Part shown: positions 9,637-17,831 of the stretch, piece after piece
Layout of the letters: every line of letters begins with the position of its first letter
How positions within the stretch are numbered: position 1 is the first letter of the stretch
Assembly (NCBI GenBank): GCA_963701965.1
Contig: OY969695.1
Location: 768,001-832,000, forward strand
Length of the DNA: 64,000 nucleotides
Direction of reading: 5' to 3'
Source: an uncultured Gemmatimonadales bacterium
Lineage (GTDB): Bacteria > Gemmatimonadota > Gemmatimonadetes > Gemmatimonadales > Gemmatimonadaceae
Program-made: the position numbers and the translations under genes
Notes under the pieces: model-generated
The model's database searches: none
Seen by the model: the letters and a program-made list of their open reading frames with translations, nothing else
What the model was told of the DNA's origin: nothing

Positions 9637-10962
9637 ATGCCTTATCGACGCGGGAGTCGTGAGACCTGGTCGTTCATGGCCGCGACGCGGACGGGGCGCA
9701 AGCAGCTCTCGAGCGGGTCGCAGAGCAAGAGTCAAGCGACACGCATCGAGAGCATGTGGCACATCCTTGCGGATGAGCACCGTGCCTGGGACCTGCTAGA
9801 TCCCGTCCTCGACGGTGAGACCTCGGTAGAGACCCTATACGACGCGTGGCAGGATACGCGGCACGACCTTGGCGAGATGCGTCGGCGCTTGGCGGACGTT
9901 GATATCGTACCACTCGTCGAGGAGTACCTTGCACACTACGGCGGTCTCGGCAAGCACGACACGTCAGCCGACAAAATCCGCTCCCACCTTCGGTGGTTAT
10001 TCCCGGTCGGATCCACGCGCAAGCGCACAACCGTCACGCCAGCCTCGCTGACTGCGAAACTCGGTGAGTACGCCGGCATTCCGCGGGCAGGCCAGAAGCT
10101 TCTGCCGCCAATCACGCCAGGTACGCGGCGGCGCGTCCACAGCGCGTGGAGCGGATTCTTCGCGTATCTCGCCAGTCCACAAGTCAGCACCGGACCGCTG
10201 TTCGCCACGAATCTGATGGATGCCGTGACTCGCCCCAAGGCGGCCACACCGCCCATCCGCTTCTATGAACTGCGCGAGATCCTGCTGCTGCTCGACCAGG
10301 CGCCTTCGTCTGACATGCGCGCCCTCTGGGCGCTCCTCTACGCCACCTCGATCGACATCTCCACCGCAATCCAGCTGCGACGGCAGGACTTTGACGAGCT
10401 CCGACGCGAAGTGCGCGCGCCAGGCACCAAGGCACACGCCCGCGATCGGATCTGCCGAGTCGCGGACTGGGCGTGGGAGATCGTTGCAGAGTTCCTGGCC
10501 GACAAAGCGCTCGGAGATCTCCTCTGGCCCGGATGGAATCAATGGACACCGACCGACGCCCACCGAGTCGCAACTAAGGCCGCCAAGCTTCGGCCCCTGC
10601 TGCCCCTCCGGTGCTCACGGCACTCGTGGGCCGTCCGAGCGGCGAAAGCGGGAACCCCAATCGCCATCATCGTTGCCCAGCTCGGACACGGCAGTCCCCA
10701 GCTCGCGTTGACGCGGTACGGGCGGTTCATGCCACAAGCCGTCGACCGAGACCGGTGGGAGAAGCAAGCGGCGGAACGCGACGCAGAAGCAATGCATCGC
10801 GCGAAAAACGTGCAGGCTGCCGTCCAATCTGCCGTCCACAGGGACGAACACCCAAAAAACACAAAACCGCATCGCGCGCAACTCATTGCGGCAATGCGGT
10901 TTCGGAATAGCAGGGGCGGGACTCGAACCCGCGACCCCGGCATTATGAGTGCCGTGCTCTAA
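9637..10962 (+). CDS. Tyrosine recombinase/integrase of the tRNA-Met island
   Basis: GTK, SRHSWA, QLGH and TRYG motifs. The ORF runs into the antisense strand of tRNA-Met. Confidence 0.88.
   Translation: MPYRRGSRETWSFMAATRTGRKQLSSGSQSKSQATRIESMWHILADEHRAWDLLDPVLDGETSVETLYDAWQDTRHDLGEMRRRLADVDIVPLVEEYLAHYGGLGKHDTSADKIRSHLRWLFPVGSTRKRTTVTPASLTAKLGEYAGIPRAGQKLLPPITPGTRRRVHSAWSGFFAYLASPQVSTGPLFATNLMDAVTRPKAATPPIRFYELREILLLLDQAPSSDMRALWALLYATSIDISTAIQLRRQDFDELRREVRAPGTKAHARDRICRVADWAWEIVAEFLADKALGDLLWPGWNQWTPTDAHRVATKAAKLRPLLPLRCSRHSWAVRAAKAGTPIAIIVAQLGHGSPQLALTRYGRFMPQAVDRDRWEKQAAERDAEAMHRAKNVQAAVQSAVHRDEHPKNTKPHRAQLIAAMRFRNSRGGTRTRDPGIMSAVL
10817..10838. repeat. Tandem 10-bp direct repeat, putative integrase arm-type site
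   Basis: CTGCCGTCCA-AT-CTGCCGTCCA, about 70 bp from the tRNA 3' end. Confidence 0.55.
10864..10902 (-). terminator. Hairpin/terminator downstream of tRNA-Met
   Basis: AAACCGCAT...ATGCGGTTT inverted repeat followed by a T-rich run on the minus strand. Confidence 0.55.
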
Positions 10963-10981
10963 CCAGCTGAGCTACCCTGCC
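10908..10981 (-). tRNA. tRNA-Met(CAT), elongator type
   Basis: GGCAGGGTAGCTCAGCTGGTTAGAGCACGGCACTCATAATGCCGGGGTCGCGGGTTCGAGTCCCGCCCCTGCTA. CCA is not encoded. Confidence 0.95.
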
Positions 10982-11472
10982 AATGTTGATCCCATTGAAC
11001 TTAGCCGGTCGACCTGCAACCTCAATTACCCGAGCGTCGCCGCAGTCGGTACATGTTCAGGACGAAAAAATAGCGCTGGTATGGCCAAGCTGTCGACCGA
11101 TGGTCTCGGCCTGGGCGCAGCCGCACCGCGTGGCGGTGGCGACGGTCGCCAATCTGGTTTTCGCGGTCGTCTCGACGCTGGTGTCCGAAGCACGAATTTC
11201 ACCGGCTAACACCACGCGGAACCCTGGCGAACCCCGCCGCGGGAATCCAGTATGTGTATCAGTTCACCGCCACCAGTGGGGTCTTCATGGAGTGGTTTCG
11301 CGCCTTGGTTGCTTCGCACCAATCCTTCGCCGGCGGCATCGGGCTTGCCATCGCCTGCGCCTCGCGTGGTTCCGCATTCGCGCCTTTTGGCAACGTTCCC
11401 GTCCTGGCCGCCGACTATGATGGCATGGGTCGGCACCGTATCTTCCGACCGTAACCGCGGAGTGGATGCCCA

Positions 11473-11589
11473 CGGGATGCCGAGACGGCGGGTTCGATTC
11501 CCGCGTACTACCCTGGGTCTCGGTGCTATGTGCTGGGTTCGAGTCCCGGGCGGTTACATCGGCAGTACGACGTCCCACCCTCTTGCCCG
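11473..11589 (+). ncRNA. Putative structured ncRNA with two tRNA-type T-arms (Y-RNA-like / tRNA mimic)
   Basis: GCGGG-TTCGATT-CCCGC (11488-11504) and CTGGG-TTCGAGT-CCCGG (11533-11549) sit inside closing stems. There is no cloverleaf or anticodon. Confidence 0.6.
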
Positions 11590-11685
11590 CCCCGCGCGAG
11601 CGGCAGTATACACAGCCCCATGACCCGCCCCCTCGCCCCACCACGGACACCAGCCACCGCCTAGGCCTTTACTGCATTGCACGAA

Positions 11686-11720
11686 GGCGCCCGCGAGATC
11701 TGCTCGCGGACGCTTTTTTT
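11686..11720 (+). terminator. Intrinsic terminator
   Basis: GCGCCCGCGAG-ATCTG-CTCGCGGACGC followed by T7. Confidence 0.8.
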
Positions 11721-11897
11721 CATCCCCGGAGACTTGAACCGTATGAGCACCCCCGTACACGTCGGCTCTCGCCCGACGTCTGCGCCGTCGGCGCCATCGG
11801 CGAGATCGTGATCGCCGTCATCACGCTGGGGCTCGTCTATGGCGCGGACCGCGTCGTCGGGCTGTGAGCCGGTGCCGGCACCGGTACCTTTCGTGCG

Positions 11898-13388
11898 ATG
11901 CCCAACGCGCCGGAAGAGACTTTCGACCCGCGAAACGCCCAGGAATGGGCCGAGTTCGGCGCGCTCGCCCATCGCATGGTCGATGACATGCTGGCGCACC
12001 TGGCGAGCCTCGGCGAACAACCCGCCTGGCGGATGATGCCCGCCAACGTGCGCGCCGCGCTGCGGGAACCCGTGCCCCGCGCGGGCGTCGGCGCCGAGGC
12101 GGCGTACGAACACTTCGTCGAGCGCGTCCTCCCCTACCCCAACGGCAATCTCCACCCGCGGTTCTTTGGATGGGTGCAAGGGAACGGCACCCCGCTCGGC
12201 ATGATGGCCGACATGCTGGCCGCCGGCCTCAATCCCCACATGGCCGGGTTCGACCAAGCGCCGGCCTTGGTCGAGCAACAAGTCGTCGACTGGCTCGCCG
12301 AGCTGCTCGACGTCCCGGGCGCCAGCGGCGTCCTCGTTGGCGGCGGCACCATGGCCAACACCCTCGGGCTCGCGGTCGCCCGGGCCGCCAAAGCGAAAGC
12401 CCACGGCATCAATGTGCGGGAGACCGGCGTGCAAGCGTGGCCCGGCCAGCCCGTGCCCAAGCCACTCGTGTTCTATGGCTCGGTCGAAACCCACGGATGG
12501 GCACGGAAAGCCGCGGAGCTCGTGGGACTGGGGAGCCGCGCGTTCCGGCGGATCGGCGTCGATCGCGAGTACCGCATCGAGATGACCGAGTTGGCGGCCG
12601 CCGTGACCGCCGACCGGGCCCAGGGCCTGGAGCCGTTCTGCGTCGTCGGCACGGCCGGCACCGTGGGCACGGGCGCGACGGACGACCTCGAGGCACTGGC
12701 CGCATTCTGCCAGCGCGAGCAGCTCTGGTTCCACGTCGACGGCGCGTTCGGCGCCATGGCGTACCTGTCGCCCGCGCTGCGGCCCCAGGTGCGTGGACTC
12801 GAACGCGCCGACTCGATCGCGTTCGATCTCCACAAGTGGGGCTCCCTCCCCTTCGAATGCGCCTGCGTCCTCGTGCGCGACCCGGCGCACCACCGCGCGG
12901 CGTTCGCCTACGACATCGCGTCCGCCCAGTACCTCGCCACGCAAACCCGGGGCGTCATCGCCGGCGGCATCCCCTTCGCCGAACGCGGGCTCGATCTCAC
13001 GCGCAACTTCAAGGCGCTCAAAGTCTGGCTCTCGTTCAAGGCGCACGGCGTCGACAAGCTCGTGCGCCTGATCGAGCAGAATGTGGCCCAGACCCGGTAT
13101 CTCGTCGATCGCGTCCGCGAAGAGCCCACGCTGGAGCTGCTGGCGCCGGCGCCGCTCAACATCGCATGCTTTCGCTATGCGCCGGCCGGTGCGAGCGAAC
13201 AGGCGCTCAATGCGCTCAACGCCGAAATCCTGGTGCGGCTACAGGAAGAAGGGATCGCGATCCCGTCCAGTACGATGCTCGGCGACCGGTTCGCCATCCG
13301 CGCCGCCAACGTGAATCACCGCACACGCCAGCACGATCTCGACGCGCTCGTCGACGGTACCATCCGCCTGGGGAAGGCCATCGCGTAG
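11898..13388 (+). CDS. PLP-dependent group II (aromatic amino acid-type) decarboxylase
   Basis: HPRFFGWV, GGTMAN, HVDGAFG and DLHKW (PLP lysine) motifs. Confidence 0.92.
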   Translation: MPNAPEETFDPRNAQEWAEFGALAHRMVDDMLAHLASLGEQPAWRMMPANVRAALREPVPRAGVGAEAAYEHFVERVLPYPNGNLHPRFFGWVQGNGTPLGMMADMLAAGLNPHMAGFDQAPALVEQQVVDWLAELLDVPGASGVLVGGGTMANTLGLAVARAAKAKAHGINVRETGVQAWPGQPVPKPLVFYGSVETHGWARKAAELVGLGSRAFRRIGVDREYRIEMTELAAAVTADRAQGLEPFCVVGTAGTVGTGATDDLEALAAFCQREQLWFHVDGAFGAMAYLSPALRPQVRGLERADSIAFDLHKWGSLPFECACVLVRDPAHHRAAFAYDIASAQYLATQTRGVIAGGIPFAERGLDLTRNFKALKVWLSFKAHGVDKLVRLIEQNVAQTRYLVDRVREEPTLELLAPAPLNIACFRYAPAGASEQALNALNAEILVRLQEEGIAIPSSTMLGDRFAIRAANVNHRTRQHDLDALVDGTIRLGKAIA

Positions 13389-13495
13389 GGGCTACTCCGT
13401 CAAGTGGTCATCTGAGTTCTCGACTTTTCAGCGATGTGAGATGACCACTCGACATCATGGCACGAAAAAGATGTGTGAAGCGCCGGGTGACCTCC

Positions 13496-14084
13496 CTAGG
13501 CTCCGGATTTCCCTGTCGGCGAAAATGGCACGAGCATCGGCACGCGACGCCGATAGGCGTCGTAGGCCGCGGGGCCGAGCTGCGTACGCAGCCAGCGCTC
13601 CTCGAGGCTCGCCTTCATCCAGAGGCCAATGGTGACCAGCACACCCCCCGCGATCCCCAGCACCGTGCCTTTGGCGGCGACGGTCGCCCAGAATGGCGAG
13701 CAAAATTCCCGTGTAGATCGGGTGACGCACGATCCCATACGGGCCCGTCTCGACCACGCGGTGATCGGCCTTGGTCGTGATCTGTCCGGACCAGAGCGTC
13801 CCGAGATGGATCCGCGCCCACCAGGCAAAGGCGAATCCCAGCGCCATGAGTCCCACGCACGCCCACGCTTCCGCGCGCGTCAGGAGCCAGAGACGGAGCG
13901 GCCCGTAATACCCGCGGGCCGGAACAAACAGCACGAGCGTCCCCGCTGTGAGCACCAGCCGGTAGGGCGTCTCGGCGCCCGCGCCGACACTCTTCTCGGG
14001 CTTCGTCGCCCAAAATGCCGCGGCCGCCCACGACACCACCCAGCCCATCCACAGCCCCGTGATCGCCAACCCCACGCGTATCAT
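13496..14084 (-). CDS. Isoprenylcysteine carboxylmethyltransferase (ICMT/PEMT) family membrane protein, frameshift near 13690
   Basis: GPYGIVRHPIYTG in one frame and KASLEERWL...YDAYRRRVP in another. Confidence 0.8.
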
Positions 14085-14192
14085 TCCGCCTCCTCGCCTG
14101 CGCGAATGGTACGCAAAGCAGCTCAGACTCGCTGGTGGAAATGACCTGGATGGGAACACGATCGAGCGCTGGCCGCCGCTGTCCGACGAGCC

Positions 14193-15050
14193 CTAGAACT
14201 TCGGCGCCGCCTGCTGGCCAGCCTTCTGGATTTGTTTCTGTTGGGCCACTGCCGCCGCGGCGTGCACGTATTTCGAGGTCGCGACGTAGTCCCGCAGGTC
14301 CTCGGCGCTCTCGATCATCTCCAGCGTAAACCCTTGCGCCAGTTGATTCGCGTGCTCCGGCGCCGAGTCAATGCCACCGACCCAGACGACCACCGGGTAC
14401 GGCGTCATCGACAAGAGTTGGGTCATGCGCAGCGGCGTAATCGGCTCGCCGACGGTCAGGGCGGTGACGGGCGCGGGGGGATTCTGGGTCCCCGGCGTCC
14501 CCGACCCGTACGAATTGAAGTTCGTCGTCAGGTATCCATTCGGCGCCGCCGGGCGACCCTGCTCGTCGAGCACCCATGACATGGGTCGCTTGACGACGTT
14601 CACGGGCGCCTCCTGACCGTATTTCTGCCGCACGGAGCTGACGAGATTCGCCATCGTGGTCGGCTGAGTCATGTTGACCACCCGCGTGATCCGCACGACC
14701 ACCTGCGGGTTCGGCGGCGAGTTGAACCACACGCGGATCTCATCGCCCAACCCACCAGGGCCGGGCTTGTCCGCCTGAATGTTGGTCATCCAGGCCGGAT
14801 CGTTGGTGTCCTGGAACTTCGCGTAGTATGCCACAAGTCTGTTGTCGGCGCCGGCATAGTTGCTCCTGACGAGCGCCACGGCCTGCGCCGCCGGCATCCC
14901 GAGATGGATCCCTAGAACGTCTGGCAACTTCGCGGCATCCGCTCGACCCGAGGCGAATGCCGTGGCGATCGCCGTCTGGGACGTCGGTTGCGCCCACGCG
15001 AGCGGCGCCGCGCCGATGATGAACGACGCGAGGAGAGTGAATATGCGCAT
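14193..15050 (-). CDS. Hypothetical secreted protein
   Basis: Signal peptide MRIFTLLASFIIGAAPLAWAQ followed by DVLGIHLGM. Confidence 0.75.
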   Translation of the reverse strand: MRIFTLLASFIIGAAPLAWAQPTSQTAIATAFASGRADAAKLPDVLGIHLGMPAAQAVALVRSNYAGADNRLVAYYAKFQDTNDPAWMTNIQADKPGPGGLGDEIRVWFNSPPNPQVVVRITRVVNMTQPTTMANLVSSVRQKYGQEAPVNVVKRPMSWVLDEQGRPAAPNGYLTTNFNSYGSGTPGTQNPPAPVTALTVGEPITPLRMTQLLSMTPYPVVVWVGGIDSAPEHANQLAQGFTLEMIESAEDLRDYVATSKYVHAAAAVAQQKQIQKAGQQAAPKF

Positions 15051-15214
15051 GGTATAGAGATCCGTCCTCTGTGCGTGGGATGTGCAGGCGGGCCGATGTC
15101 CGGCCCACTCCCCAATGCGCAAACTCTTGCTACGAACCGTCACGCCGGGCACCATTGCCATCTAGCGCCGGGGACAATGGCGGCTATCTTCCCGGCTCCA
15201 ACGCCGAGGACGCC

Positions 15215-15874
15215 ATGGGAACCGTGATCCCGCTGAACAATGCGACCCGCCGGCCGGTCAACATGCCGGTCGTGACCATCGGCCTCATCATCGCGAACTT
15301 CGTCGTCTTCGCCCTGGAGCTCATCGGCGGCGACGCCTTCGTCCTCAAATGGTCGGCGATCCCCAGCCACATCTCCGCGGGGCAAGACCTGATCACGCTG
15401 TTCACCGCCATGTTCCTGCACGGCGGTTGGTCGCACATCCTCGGCAACATGGTGTTCTTCTGGGCGTTCGGCCCCGAGATCGAAGACGCCATGGGTCCGC
15501 GCAAATACCTGGCGTTCTACCTGCTCGGCGGATTGGTAGCCATGAGCGCCCAAGTAGCCATCGACCCTCGCTCCACCGTCCCGAATCTCGGCGCCAGTGG
15601 CGCGATCGCCGCGGTCATGGGCGCGTTTCTCGTGACGTACCCGAAAGACCGCATCCGCTCGATCCTGGTCATCATCGTCTTCGTCCGCGTCACGGCCATC
15701 CCCGCCGCGCTCCTCATCGGCGTGTGGTTCCTCACGCAACTCGTGAACGTCGGATCGGTCGCGGCGACGCAGCAGGGTGGCGTGGCGTACGTCGCCCACG
15801 TCGCAGGCGTCGTCTTCGGCATGGCCACCGCCCGGCTCTTCGAACGACGATCGCGCGAGACGGACGCCGGTTAG
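15215..15874 (+). CDS. Rhomboid family intramembrane serine protease
   Basis: FLHGGWSHILGNM, GASG and AHVAG motifs. Confidence 0.93.
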   Translation: MGTVIPLNNATRRPVNMPVVTIGLIIANFVVFALELIGGDAFVLKWSAIPSHISAGQDLITLFTAMFLHGGWSHILGNMVFFWAFGPEIEDAMGPRKYLAFYLLGGLVAMSAQVAIDPRSTVPNLGASGAIAAVMGAFLVTYPKDRIRSILVIIVFVRVTAIPAALLIGVWFLTQLVNVGSVAATQQGGVAYVAHVAGVVFGMATARLFERRSRETDAG

Positions 15875-16177
15875 AACGCCTTTCTTCCCAAGCACCCGCA
15901 TATCGACAAAGCCGCTCGGCCTGGTGATCCCGTCGCTCCTGCTGGGCGCCGCCAGGCTCTGGAGCCAACCCGCGCATCTCCCGCCGTTGTTGGTCGAATG
16001 CGAAACGGGTCCCGGCTTCAGCGGGCACTGGACCGGGACGGCCGTGAACGCCGGCACGATGACGGCGCGCTTCGGCGGCCCTTCCAACCCGGGCACCTGG
16101 ACCGGGACGCCGACGCTGACACCGGTGCAACACGGGATCGACACGTTGGTGACCTGCGCCCTTATCTTGCTGGGGTG

Positions 16178-16951
16178 ATGGGTCTCGGCCACGTCTTCAG
16201 CGGAGCGCCCACATACGTCCGGCGGTTCGGCGTACTGGGCGGCATATTCGTCGGCATCCAGACGCTCGGTCCGCGTCTCCGCCGCCGCAACACGCGCACA
16301 TCGATCCGGGTACCCGGCCTTCGCGGCCGGCTGCTGCTCCGCGCCAGGACGTCAGACCTGCGCGCGTTCCAGCAGATATTCGTCGACGGCGACCACGACC
16401 TCACCCTGCCCGATGAACCCAAGGTCATCGTCGATGCCGGCGCCAACGTGGGATTCGCGAGTGTCGCGTTCGCGTCACGGTTTCCCCGCGCGCAGATAGT
16501 GGCGCTGGAGGTGGACGCCGGCAACTACGCGATGCTCTGTCAAAACGTAGCCGCGTACCCCAACGTGCACCCGGTGCACGCGGGGCTCTGGAGCCACCAG
16601 GCGCAGCTCAAGATCGACAACCCCTCCGACGAAGCGTGGGCGTTCCGGGTGAGCCCCACGGAGACAAGCAGCCCGTCGACCGAGAGCATCCCCGCGCTGG
16701 GCGTCCTCGATGTCTGTCGCCTGGCGGGCGTGGAAACGATCGACATTCTCAAGATCGACATCGAGGGCGCCGAACTCGATGTCTTCTCCCGCGATGTCGA
16801 GACGTGGATCGACCGCGTGCAGGTCATCATGATCGAGCTCCACGACCATCTCCGCCCCGGGTGCGGCGCCGCGCTCGACGCCGCGACGGCAGGTCGGTTC
16901 GCGGCTCGCCACCAGCAGGGCGAGTACCACTTTTTGACCCGCTCCGGCTAG
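16178..16951 (+). CDS. FkbM-family methyltransferase
   Basis: VDAGANVG, LKIDIEGAE and IELH motifs. Confidence 0.9.
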   Translation: MGLGHVFSGAPTYVRRFGVLGGIFVGIQTLGPRLRRRNTRTSIRVPGLRGRLLLRARTSDLRAFQQIFVDGDHDLTLPDEPKVIVDAGANVGFASVAFASRFPRAQIVALEVDAGNYAMLCQNVAAYPNVHPVHAGLWSHQAQLKIDNPSDEAWAFRVSPTETSSPSTESIPALGVLDVCRLAGVETIDILKIDIEGAELDVFSRDVETWIDRVQVIMIELHDHLRPGCGAALDAATAGRFAARHQQGEYHFLTRSG

Positions 16952-17724
16952 GTCTGCTGCGCGGCCTCGGCGATGCGCACGACGTTGACGGTCGTCGTAA
17001 TGGCGCCACCGCTGGCATTGATCGTCTGACCAGTGACCCATGCCGCGTCGTCGGACGCCAGAAAGGCGACCACGGGCGCAATGTCCTCGGGTCTTCCGAA
17101 CCGGCCGAGGGGAATGGTGCGCGCCACGAGCGATCGCGTGGCCGCGGGAAACGAGTCGTACATGTCGGTCGCGGTCGGACCCGGTGCCACCGCGTTGACC
17201 GTGATGCCACGGGGCCCGAGCTCGGTCGCGTGACTGCGCGTCAGTGACTCGACGGCGGCTTTGGTGGCCGCATACACCGACGCGCCGCCGTTCGGCATGC
17301 TGCCGGCGATCGAGCTGATATTGATGACGCGGCCGACCCCGCTCTGCGTGACGGCCGCAAACTCGCGCGTCGCGAGAATCACCGCGCGGACATTGATCGC
17401 GAACATCCGGTCGATCGCATCGGCGCCGAGCGCATCCACGGCGCCGACCGCGAGCGCGCCCGCATTGTTGACGAGGATATCGAGCGCCCCAAATGCGTCG
17501 AACGCCGCGCGGACGAGCTCGGCCGGTGCCGTCGGGGACGCGAGTTCGGCTTGCAACACGCGCGCTCCGGCGATCTCCCGCGCCAGGGCGTCCGCCGGGG
17601 CGCGCTGCGCGCTGTAGTGGATGACCACTGACGCCCCATCGTTTGCGAGCTGTCTCGCGATCGCGGCGCCGATGCCGCGCAATGAGCCCGTCACGAGCGC
17701 CACGCGCCCCTCGAGTTTCCTCAT
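16948..17724 (-). CDS. SDR family oxidoreductase
   Basis: TGSLRGIG, NNAG and YAATK motifs. Confidence 0.93.
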   Translation of the reverse strand: MRKLEGRVALVTGSLRGIGAAIARQLANDGASVVIHYSAQRAPADALAREIAGARVLQAELASPTAPAELVRAAFDAFGALDILVNNAGALAVGAVDALGADAIDRMFAINVRAVILATREFAAVTQSGVGRVINISSIAGSMPNGGASVYAATKAAVESLTRSHATELGPRGITVNAVAPGPTATDMYDSFPAATRSLVARTIPLGRFGRPEDIAPVVAFLASDDAAWVTGQTINASGGAITTTVNVVRIAEAAQQT

Positions 17725-17831
17725 ATGGTCATCTGTCCGGCCGCCGACAAACTGGTTCCAACAACGCTCGCCTTGACAGCGCAACGGGTTGGTCATAGTA
17801 CACGGCGACGCTGAGCTCGCCGTGTACTTCC

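Noticed and set aside
11473..11589. Calling the double-T-arm element a tRNA or an FMN/cobalamin riboswitch
   Set aside because: It has no cloverleaf, D arm or anticodon arm, and lacks the conserved sequence blocks of those riboswitches.
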